Notes under the pieces: generated by a model
Databases searched by the model: none
What the model was told of the DNA's origin: nothing
Seen by the model: only the letters and a program-made list of their open reading frames with translations
Translations under genes and position numbers: made by a program
In this document: one piece after another, positions 36,493 to 44,372 of the stretch
How the letters are laid out: the number at the start of each line of letters is the position of its first letter
Numbering within the stretch: the stretch's first letter is position 1
DNA from: a bacterium
GTDB taxonomy: Bacteria; Patescibacteriota; Patescibacteriia; Patescibacteriales; UBA12465
Length of the DNA: 64,000 nt
Assembly (NCBI GenBank): GCA_030696105.1
Contig: JAUYNJ010000004.1
Span: forward strand, 13,872 to 77,871
Direction of reading: 5' to 3'

Positions 36493-37038
36493 CTAATCCA
36501 ACCACTCCCTCACCCCACCGTGCCCTGAACAAGTTCCCCGTCTATTTTTACTAAAGCTATAGGTACCGTCTCGACAAATGGCAGAGGCGCCCGCTGGTTG
36601 ACTTGGAGCATAGGCCGGTGAATGCACAGTGTCGCCATCAACGTTTACATAAGTATTGTTATTTGAAAGTGGAACATCAAACTCTTCCCTCTCAACTGTT
36701 GGGGATGTCACAACAGTCGGTGTGTAGACCGGAGGAGTCACAACTGCCGGAGTAACAACAACTGGCTTCACTTCTGGAGGTGTAACTACAGTCGGAGTGA
36801 CAACGGCTGGTACAACCTCTAAAACTGGGGCTAAAGTCTCAATAACTTTTTCCTCTAAGTTATTAACCGCCTCGGTCTGATATGTCTCTAGACCAGCGCT
36901 TTCTACTTCTGCTGCCCTCTGCTCTTCAACCACACCATAGGCCGGCTCCCCGCCATCGACTACAGGCGCTACATAATTAGTCGTGCAAGCCCCTAGTAAT
37001 ATGGGAAGGGCTAGGAGTAATAATACATACTTTTTCAT
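36493..37038 (-). CDS. lipoprotein with Pro/Val/Thr repeat linker and C-terminal DUF3761-like Cys domain
   Basis: 181 aa. Lipobox LLGAC. VVTP-type repeats (PAVVTPTVVTPPEVKPVVVTPAVVTPPVYTPTVVTSP). C-terminal CRDGTYSFSKNRRGTCSGHGGVREWL. Confidence 0.75.
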   Translation of the reverse strand: MKKYVLLLLALPILLGACTTNYVAPVVDGGEPAYGVVEEQRAAEVESAGLETYQTEAVNNLEEKVIETLAPVLEVVPAVVTPTVVTPPEVKPVVVTPAVVTPPVYTPTVVTSPTVEREEFDVPLSNNNTYVNVDGDTVHSPAYAPSQPAGASAICRDGTYSFSKNRRGTCSGHGGVREWLD

Positions 37039-37170
37039 AAAGTGTTATTAAATGTGATATTTAAATGTTATCGCGTGTGGCAGGTGGAGCAAAAATACGT
37101 TGCCACAGGACTATTTGAGATTTCTGGCAGGCTCCTGATACAATCGTTATTCTAAATAAGAATAAGAAAA

Positions 37171-39006
37171 TTATGACGTTATGTAGGGAGTTAAAGCACT
37201 TGATATAAATGCTTCGATTAAATATACCTTTGGAACCTTTCTCCCTCCAAATAATGAGTTTGTATTGTTTATCTCGGCCTCTAATTGATTTTTTAATTCG
37301 ATTAAAAAGTTGTTTTCTTTTTCTATATCAATAATATCCCCTTTTCTTTCATCGTACCGTTGTATGAATATCGATTTATAACGACTAAGAGAGGCAACGC
37401 CCTCTTGAATTAAAATATCCTTCATCTCACTTGCCTGCAAATATTGAAAATATGCCTCACCCTTACCCGAAGAGTCGTGTAAAAAATTGTAATTGATTAA
37501 TAGACCCAAGTCGTTACGGGATCCAACACCTTTTCTCAAAACTGGAAGTAATTCTTTTTGTATTTTCTCTTTAATATACTGTGGTCTTAATTCTTTAGTT
37601 TTACTATCCACAAAAATCATAAATTCTTTCCACTCGGAAGCTCTAGTGCCATGATAACTCAGGCCGTATGCACTATCATTCCAACCCATAATATCTGTTG
37701 ACCGCTCATTTAAGTTTAAAGGAAAATTATCATCTTCTATCAACTTATTTATATATGTCTTGGCCTGCTCAGTCAGCTCAATTTTAGTTTCTTCTATAAA
37801 TCCTTCTTCTGATAAAGAGAGAAGGACACCAAATACGTGAGAAATAATGAAGAAATCAGTATATTCTTGTTTGTTCCATTTAGTCATTACATCATAAAGC
37901 AAGCTTAAGAAAGCTTCACCATCTAACTCTCTAAAATGCCACAATTTCTGCCACGATGCTTCACGATCAGTGAAAAGACTTCGGATTCTTTCATTAATTT
38001 TAATCTTCTCATTGGGATTTAAACTACTGCCTTGCATTATATTCCCAAGAACCTCGACATCATAGCACATTAACCAATGACTGCTCATATTTTCATATTT
38101 ATCCAAAAAATGGACTTCCTTCTCATGCGAGATATCTTTAAAAAAGGAGTTTTTCTTTGTAAAATCTACGCCTTTTATCACCCCTTTCTTAAACTCAATG
38201 TAAATTACGATAAATTCGTAGATTACTTTGTCGAATATATGAGAGAGTTCATCAATTTCATTATCAATAATTGAATAAAAATGCTCAAAACTTGATATGG
38301 CTTGCTTCATTAATCGTAGATTATTATAGTTTGATTCAAAGAATATTTTAATAAGTACTTGCGTTATTACATCCTTCTTCTTAATTAATGAATCATTCTT
38401 AATATTCTCGATAAACTGCTGAATTGCTTCCTCGGGATTCGAATTTACAATAAATTCTTTTCCGATCAACTTTTCCTTTATGCTTAAATACTTGTTGCAG
38501 GAAGGAAGCTTTAATAATTCCTCTTCATTAGCAATTATAATCACTTTATGACCACGAAACTCTACAAGATGGTTAATGAATCCTAGTAGTTTACTAATTT
38601 CAATATCGGATCTTTCGAGGTCATCAAATATAAATACTAACCCAGTATTTTTTCTATCTAAATAAAAATCAAGAAAGATTTTATTGACATTATTAGGCAA
38701 CACCTCCCTCACGTGAGGAATTAGTTTTATAGCGCTACCTATGACACTTACAGTTTTACTGAGAAATCTTTTTATTTTTGAGGAAGTTGGTAATAATTCA
38801 ATCAAAATTTTTTCATTAATTTCCGTGAAGGTGCTTAGTCCGTATAGGCTGATATGAATATAATTCTTCTTACCATTAATATATTTTCTTATTAGATGAG
38901 TTTTACCACAGCCCCATTCACCTTTTAACAGTACTGCGAACGACAGGTCATTAGTGGCTGCACAATAATAATCCAAATAATCGTTTATGTGCTCGTTGAG
39001 TTGCAT
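37171..39006 (-). CDS. KAP-family P-loop NTPase (apparently soluble)
   Basis: 611 aa. Walker A LLKGEWGCGKTHL near the N-terminus, Walker B LVFIFDDLERS, long helical C-terminal region. No convincing TM insertion. Very AT-rich coding sequence. Confidence 0.85.
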   Translation of the reverse strand: MQLNEHINDYLDYYCAATNDLSFAVLLKGEWGCGKTHLIRKYINGKKNYIHISLYGLSTFTEINEKILIELLPTSSKIKRFLSKTVSVIGSAIKLIPHVREVLPNNVNKIFLDFYLDRKNTGLVFIFDDLERSDIEISKLLGFINHLVEFRGHKVIIIANEEELLKLPSCNKYLSIKEKLIGKEFIVNSNPEEAIQQFIENIKNDSLIKKKDVITQVLIKIFFESNYNNLRLMKQAISSFEHFYSIIDNEIDELSHIFDKVIYEFIVIYIEFKKGVIKGVDFTKKNSFFKDISHEKEVHFLDKYENMSSHWLMCYDVEVLGNIMQGSSLNPNEKIKINERIRSLFTDREASWQKLWHFRELDGEAFLSLLYDVMTKWNKQEYTDFFIISHVFGVLLSLSEEGFIEETKIELTEQAKTYINKLIEDDNFPLNLNERSTDIMGWNDSAYGLSYHGTRASEWKEFMIFVDSKTKELRPQYIKEKIQKELLPVLRKGVGSRNDLGLLINYNFLHDSSGKGEAYFQYLQASEMKDILIQEGVASLSRYKSIFIQRYDERKGDIIDIEKENNFLIELKNQLEAEINNTNSLFGGRKVPKVYLIEAFISSALTPYITS

Positions 39007-39074
39007 AATTATTTAATTATTTATCAAAATTTATTTTATTAATAGCAAAATATGATATATCCTCTCGCGGAAAT

Positions 39075-39938
39075 CTAATTTAATGCTGCTATTTTGGCAT
39101 CCTCAGTGTAATCTTTAAATATTTTAGCAATCTGAGGATACTTTGAGTTTGTATTCATTCTTACTTTATACTCATGCCCAACACGAAGCGCCTTATGATA
39201 ATAAACTTGATCTACACATCCAAAGAACAAACTTCCAGGAGACATTACCTCGTATCGATAGATGTATTCATTTTGCTGTAAATAAGTAACCTCAATAAGG
39301 TGTATCCTTATAATCTGACCACTCATGTCGATACTGCCTAGTTTAGTTTTTTTATTACTATATTTTCTTCTAACTCTAGTTACTTTTAAGGGATCATTTA
39401 ATGCGCCGAGCTTAGACTTTTCGGCGAGAGCGTCTGCTTTTTCATTAAACTCATCCCCTGAATGCGCACGAACTTTGACTATATCAACTTGTTTTCTTGT
39501 CTTATTAGCATTGTGCAATAGTTCTTTCCAAATCTTAACATTCAAAACAGGCTTTCCATCATTATTCCTCCATCCTTGTCGGCTCCACTGAAATAGTGCT
39601 CTTTTATAATTATCAACCATGTATTGAGAATCCGAGTGAACCACTATCCTCGACCAACCTGTTCCTAGGTCAATACTTTTTTCAAGCGCCAGGCAACAAG
39701 CTTTTAATTCCATCTCATTGTTTGTGCTTTTTTTGTAACCTAACGGAGAATATTCTAAAGGCTGTCTTTCCAGGTATTCAGGATATACAAAGACAATCCC
39801 AACGCCTCCCCTTTTGGTCTTGTGACACAGTGCGCCGTCAGTAAAAATATTTAGAGCGTTCGTATCTGTATTCATATACAAGAGACCCTCGATATAATTG
39901 CCATTATTAAAAAGAGCCCCAATGGGCTGATATTTCAA
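39075..39938 (-). CDS. RNase H (type 1) fold protein with ~110-aa uncharacterised C-terminal domain
   Basis: DEDD catalytic set present: IFTDGA, NNEMELKA, VHSDSQY, NEKADALA. The ORF-track start at 39938 is TTG; ATG at 39875 (MNTDTNALNIFTDGA) is an equally plausible start. Confidence 0.85.
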   Translation of the reverse strand: MKYQPIGALFNNGNYIEGLLYMNTDTNALNIFTDGALCHKTKRGGVGIVFVYPEYLERQPLEYSPLGYKKSTNNEMELKACCLALEKSIDLGTGWSRIVVHSDSQYMVDNYKRALFQWSRQGWRNNDGKPVLNVKIWKELLHNANKTRKQVDIVKVRAHSGDEFNEKADALAEKSKLGALNDPLKVTRVRRKYSNKKTKLGSIDMSGQIIRIHLIEVTYLQQNEYIYRYEVMSPGSLFFGCVDQVYYHKALRVGHEYKVRMNTNSKYPQIAKIFKDYTEDAKIAALN

Positions 39939-40110
39939 TATTAAGGTCTAAGTTAGTGCCCTTAAAATGACTGGTCGACTGAGCACGACTTTGAATAAAT
40001 ATGTCTTTAAAAATTTCACGCCTCCTCGTTAACATATAATTAAACCTACGATAACGTATTATTAACCCTGACATTATAATTATTCCACTTTACATGCATT
40101 TCGTCAAAAC

Positions 40111-40139
40111 AAAAGACCCCCGATGAAGGGGGTCTTTTT
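40111..40139 (-). terminator. strong intrinsic terminator after the S-layer-like gene
   Basis: aaaagaccccc-gatgaa-gggggtctttt; on the minus strand it is followed by a T run. Confidence 0.9.
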
Positions 40140-40187
40140 GTTCGATTAATTAAAGGAAATCGGTAAACTTTCTGCAAACTAAATTAA

Positions 40188-43100
40188 TTAGTTCTTAGAT
40201 AAGGTCCAAGTAGGTGTATCCAAACCAGCTACATTGTGGCCGTTTGCCCAAGTGTAAGCCTCGATGGAAGCGCCATCAGACCAAGCGAAAGCACCAGTAA
40301 TATCACCGAGAGTATCGTCAGCTTCGTAAGCAGCATCCTCAACAATCTTAGCAGTGATAGACTCAGAACCGGTTCCGGAAACGCCAACGGTAGCAATGAC
40401 CTCAAAGGTCTTGGTTGTACCAGCGGCGACGATTTCTGGGGTGCCGAGTAATACTGTCATTAAAGAGTCACCTGTACCAGAAAGTGTTTGAGTAGCAGCC
40501 TTATTAGAGCCGTTAATCTTCAAACCATTAGTAGAGGTGGCCAAAGTTGCACTTGCTGTCTTAGAAGTCAGCAAAGTGAAACGTCCGACAGTCACGTCAG
40601 CATTGGAATCTGCAGTCACAGTGAACTTAGCGATAACCTTTTCACCAGCATTTAAGAGAGTATCCGGTAATACCTGTGCGGTAATAGTCGGAACAGTCTT
40701 GCGGATGCGGAAGGTATTTGCAGTCACGTTAGTGTTTGCACTAGTTGCTTCAACACCAGCAGTTGACTTGAACTTAGTTGAAGTCAATCTTACCTGGATG
40801 TCCTTATTTGTAGCTGTAGCATCGTTCTCAATGTTGTTAAGAACAACGCGAACAGACAAAGTCTTGGAACCGTTTGCAGGAACGACTACAGTGTTATTAG
40901 CAATGGTGAATTTACCAGCGCCATTAACAGGTACGAACTGATCAACTAAATTTGCACCATCATAAAGTTTGATAGCAGCAATTCTAGCATCAGCTGAAGA
41001 TGTAGCGGCTGTTCCGTCCCAGTTTATAACGTTGATTTCAGTTAAGTTAGCGCTATCATCGATAGCGGTGAACTTAAATTGACCAACTTCCTGCTCAACG
41101 TTCTTGGAAGCCAAGATGCCGTCAACAGGTGTGTCGCCACCAACTTCTACTCTTAAAGTAGCGTTAGCAGTGATCTGGAACTGAGTTGTTTCTGCGGTAT
41201 GACCAGAAACGATCACAGTACCGCGAGAATCTTGAGCATTAACGGTCATTAAAGTCTTGAAGTAGCTGTCATCAGCAGCGGCTGAATCAAAGGAACCCAA
41301 GATTTCAACAGCCTTAGTAGAATCCTTAGCAATGTTAATATTCAATGAAGTGAAAGTAGATCCACTTGTACCGAAATTAACAGTGTTGCCAACCTGAACG
41401 CCGTCAACGAAGAGCTTCATATCGTTGATAGAAGAAGCTAAAGTTGAAGTAGCAGCGCCGATGTTTTGGCCTAAAGAAATCGATGTAACTGTAACAACAT
41501 CATTAGTTGCCTTTAAGACAAATTTACCCAAGGAAACATCGGTGCTTCCCTGAACAATGCTCTTATTGAGGCCGTAACCGTCATTACGAACAGTTTCTAA
41601 TCCAGCGCCTTGAACTGTAAATTCAGCACCTGTTGCATTTCCAGAGATGGAAGTTACAGAGTTGCCAGAGATTACATATTCAGCATTCATGCCAGTGAAG
41701 GCATCGTTGCCTAATTTAGCATAGAAAGCAGAAGCTGGAGTTGCATTGCTTTTTGCCTTAACCATCACCCTAACTTCGTTATCACCCTTGTTTAAAGTCA
41801 AACTGCTATCGATAACAGTTGATAAATCAGTGGTGGTGCTGAAGCTTGGATCGAAAGAGTCAAGAAGCACACCATTAAGGAATACTCTGACGTTTTCGAA
41901 TTGGTTGGTTGTTGAAGCAAAAGTTGATGCGGTTGAGCCATAAGTAAGTCTCATGCCGTCTGCATTAACCTGTTCATCAGCACGGATATTTGCGAGTAAC
42001 ACAACGTGATCTGTGCCCTTGATGATAGTAGTTGCTGAAGGAGAGGTGGATTTCTTAGAGATAGAAACTGCACCTGCTTCAATTTTTCTGGTAGAGATCT
42101 CGAGAGCGTTAGCAAGAGTTGTGCCACTGCTATTGGTGTAAGTATTTACACCAAAGCCAGTGCTCTTTTCGTAAGCTACTAAATCAGTAGACTTATTTAA
42201 CTCAAAGACGAAACTGTTATCACCAGAATTTTCTTTAGAGATAACATCACCCTTTAAGTAAATTAATTTGCTGCCGTCATCCTTCAAAAGGTCGAAACCA
42301 GAAATGAAGTTGAAAGTAACAAAGCGACCGTCTACAGTATAGCTAGAAGATACCTTGTTTCCAGCATATTCCAAGTAAAGATTCATGGATGCCTTGGATA
42401 AATCCTCGACACCATTATTCTTTAACATGACTGATGAAATTGTGACATCTTTAGCAGCTGTACTGTCACTTGTATTGAAGCCAATGTTGAAACGACCTAA
42501 ATCAGCCTTTTCATCACCAACCTTAACGTTGCTGGAAGTAGTAACAGTTCCGTCAACAGAAAGCTTAGCAACATTGTAAGCAATCAAAGACATCAAATTG
42601 CCGTTAATTGGGAAAGAACCAGTAACTGAAGCGGCAGTTGCACTAACCGCAGAAGCGGAGACGACAGCTAAACCGATGTTACCAGAACCAGAACCAGTCA
42701 AAGAAGCAAGTAAGTCAACAGTCACGGTCTGACCAGCTGGAACAACTAAAGCTGGAGAGAAGACTAAGATTGACTCATCATTTGAATTCATTGATTTCTT
42801 TGAAGCAACGATCATGCCGTTAACTTCAGCCCAAACCTTATCTACATCACCGTAAGATGATAAGCCGATTCTTTTAACAGTAATAGAGTTAACAGAAACG
42901 TTACCATCAGAAGCAGCGGTCAAGTTCATTTTTGTGAAAGGAACACGAACGCCGTTCTTTGGGATGGAAGTTGACATTGGGGTCTGTGAGCTTAAAGAAA
43001 GGCTCAAACCAGAACCAGTGATTGGAGAACCAACACCCCCTGAAGGAGCGGAGAAAGTCTCAGCGCCAGTGATGGAAGCGCCAGAAGCAGTCAAAGTCAT

Positions 43101-43715
43101 TGTGGTGGTAACAACATTACTCCAATTGAAGCGATTTGCATTGAATGCAGATTCGCTAGCAATCATGCGATAGTTGGTGCCATCAAAATAATAGATGCTG
43201 GCATTGTTTGCGTTCTTCAATAAAGTTCCTGCAGGATAAGTGCCGGAAGGCATTGGAGCGCCAACAGTGTAGTTGGTGAAGAATGAGTCAGCGACGTCAA
43301 CGATGATCTTGTTCCAATTGGAACCGTACAAAGCGATAGCGTCAGCTTCACTCTGGATCTTTCTTAAAACGCCATTAGGAGTAACAGCGTAAACAGAAGG
43401 ATCGGTTGTGATTTTCACGAGCTTAGTGCCCGGTCTCATTGTAACGTTTGAACCTAAAGGATAGGTTTGTAATTCAGAAGCAGGGATTGTGACCACGCCG
43501 CTGAAATCAGCATACCAAGAGAAATAAACGGATTCGCTTGGGAAGACATATCTTTTGCCATCGTTGCCAAGGTAATAAACGGAGGACAAGCCATCCATTT
43601 TAATCAAATCACCAGCCTGTGCAGCAGCCTTAGCTGTATTCACAGTCAAACCGCTCATAGCGATGATTGATAATACCATTACGCCGATGGTTAAGAATTT
43701 GCGTAATTTTTTCAT
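40188..43715 (-). CDS. giant secreted surface (S-layer-like) protein
   Basis: Start set at ATG 43715 (MKKLRKFLTIGVMVLSIIAMSGLTVNTAKA signal peptide; the track start at 43766 is TTG). Three N-terminal repeats of the type SSVYYLGNDGKRYVFP. About 950 aa of Thr/Ser/Ala/Val/Asn/Gly-rich beta-type sequence with very few charged residues or Cys. Confidence 0.8.
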   Translation of the reverse strand: MKKLRKFLTIGVMVLSIIAMSGLTVNTAKAAAQAGDLIKMDGLSSVYYLGNDGKRYVFPSESVYFSWYADFSGVVTIPASELQTYPLGSNVTMRPGTKLVKITTDPSVYAVTPNGVLRKIQSEADAIALYGSNWNKIIVDVADSFFTNYTVGAPMPSGTYPAGTLLKNANNASIYYFDGTNYRMIASESAFNANRFNWSNVVTTTMTLTASGASITGAETFSAPSGGVGSPITGSGLSLSLSSQTPMSTSIPKNGVRVPFTKMNLTAASDGNVSVNSITVKRIGLSSYGDVDKVWAEVNGMIVASKKSMNSNDESILVFSPALVVPAGQTVTVDLLASLTGSGSGNIGLAVVSASAVSATAASVTGSFPINGNLMSLIAYNVAKLSVDGTVTTSSNVKVGDEKADLGRFNIGFNTSDSTAAKDVTISSVMLKNNGVEDLSKASMNLYLEYAGNKVSSSYTVDGRFVTFNFISGFDLLKDDGSKLIYLKGDVISKENSGDNSFVFELNKSTDLVAYEKSTGFGVNTYTNSSGTTLANALEISTRKIEAGAVSISKKSTSPSATTIIKGTDHVVLLANIRADEQVNADGMRLTYGSTASTFASTTNQFENVRVFLNGVLLDSFDPSFSTTTDLSTVIDSSLTLNKGDNEVRVMVKAKSNATPASAFYAKLGNDAFTGMNAEYVISGNSVTSISGNATGAEFTVQGAGLETVRNDGYGLNKSIVQGSTDVSLGKFVLKATNDVVTVTSISLGQNIGAATSTLASSINDMKLFVDGVQVGNTVNFGTSGSTFTSLNINIAKDSTKAVEILGSFDSAAADDSYFKTLMTVNAQDSRGTVIVSGHTAETTQFQITANATLRVEVGGDTPVDGILASKNVEQEVGQFKFTAIDDSANLTEINVINWDGTAATSSADARIAAIKLYDGANLVDQFVPVNGAGKFTIANNTVVVPANGSKTLSVRVVLNNIENDATATNKDIQVRLTSTKFKSTAGVEATSANTNVTANTFRIRKTVPTITAQVLPDTLLNAGEKVIAKFTVTADSNADVTVGRFTLLTSKTASATLATSTNGLKINGSNKAATQTLSGTGDSLMTVLLGTPEIVAAGTTKTFEVIATVGVSGTGSESITAKIVEDAAYEADDTLGDITGAFAWSDGASIEAYTWANGHNVAGLDTPTWTLSKN

Positions 43716-44372
43716 AAGTAATAGATAAATCACTAGCAGTTGTCCGCACAATAGTAGCGGGAACAAACTGTTAATGATGAAAGAATTCGTTTTTCTATCA
43801 TCGGACTTCTCTACTTTTCTTTGCTTTCGCTTCTTAGAATTCTATCTTTGTCACTCACAGTCGATGTTATTGCCACCCGAAGTTCAAGATTATAGATTGA
43901 TCGGAATCCCGCTCCACCAACCAAGTCGGCAAGCAAGCTTTAAGACTGACATTACAATTAAGCGCTGCCAGCCCCTTAGGCTTCTTAGCCGAGGCTGGAG
44001 AAAAGCTTAACCAATCTACGGGGAACTTCGTGCGGCCTTCCTATCGACACGTAAGCAATTTGAGACATTGTCCTAATTTGCTCCGGCATTGAAGGCGGAA
44101 AAATCTTTTTGAAAAACGTTTCTAGTTAATAAGGAGCGATTACCTCCCACATAATTGGGAATCGACCTTGACTAGGCTCGCTTTAACCCTGGGCCACCGG
44201 CTGCTTTAGAGGTTTAATTCCGGAGCAGTCGGACTCGCCAGGATTTATTAGTTTATCTCCGGAGCGCAATCTAGATCGGAAGAGTTCAGTAATCTGATCT
44301 TCTAAAAAAGCATCGACTTCAGAGGCAAACTAATAAACACCGGCGAATACCAGTATTTAAATTTGTAATTTA
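43716..44372 (-). other. ~650-nt GC-rich, ORF-poor region upstream of the S-layer-like gene (long 5' leader and/or unrecognised structured RNA)
   Basis: Hand count 31/60 GC at 44161..44220 versus 12/60 in an ordinary spacer (47161..47220). Only one implausible 78-aa plus-strand ORF. 14-bp interrupted hairpin at 44188..44242. Candidate -10 tctataat near 43895 (minus). Confidence 0.5.

Noticed and set aside
37070-37135. sigma-54-like TGGCAG-N5-GCA motifs and a TGTGGCA/TGCCACA inverted repeat downstream of the KAP gene
   Set aside because: The TTGC -12 element is missing. The motifs point into the 3' end of a convergent-sense gene. No sigma-54 or enhancer-binding protein evidence is present. 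Probably a weak terminator or chance.
35391-39935. 10-bp inverted match TAATATTGAA / TTCAATATTA at both ends of the AT-rich island (possible terminal inverted repeats)
   Set aside because: It is only 10 bp and very AT-rich, so a chance match is expected in AT-rich DNA. The right copy lies inside the RNase H ORF, and no transposase is present.
39907-40074. 55-aa basic ORF (MSGLIIRYRRFNYMLTRRREIFKDIF...) upstream of and overlapping the RNase H TTG start
   Set aside because: There is no RBS or promoter context I could support, it overlaps the RNase H upstream region, and its composition is consistent with random AT-rich sequence. Kept only as a note for Ribo-seq.
43891-43925. tRNA/tmRNA 3'-end-like string ggaatcccgctccaccaacc in the S-layer leader (possible att remnant)
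   Set aside because: The T-loop consensus is broken (GATCGGAAT instead of GTTCGAAT). Only 7 nt follow the putative T stem. No matching repeat of the 45374..45441 element or of any other sequence was found in the window.
44188-44242. Possible SRP (4.5S) RNA helix 8 on the minus strand (CCTGG...GGAA...AGCAGCC...CCAGG)
   Set aside because: The AGCAGCC segment is fully base-paired rather than forming the conserved symmetric loop. The GGAA is not a closing tetraloop (the loop is 18 nt). The 5'-side AGG/GUCAGG signature is absent.
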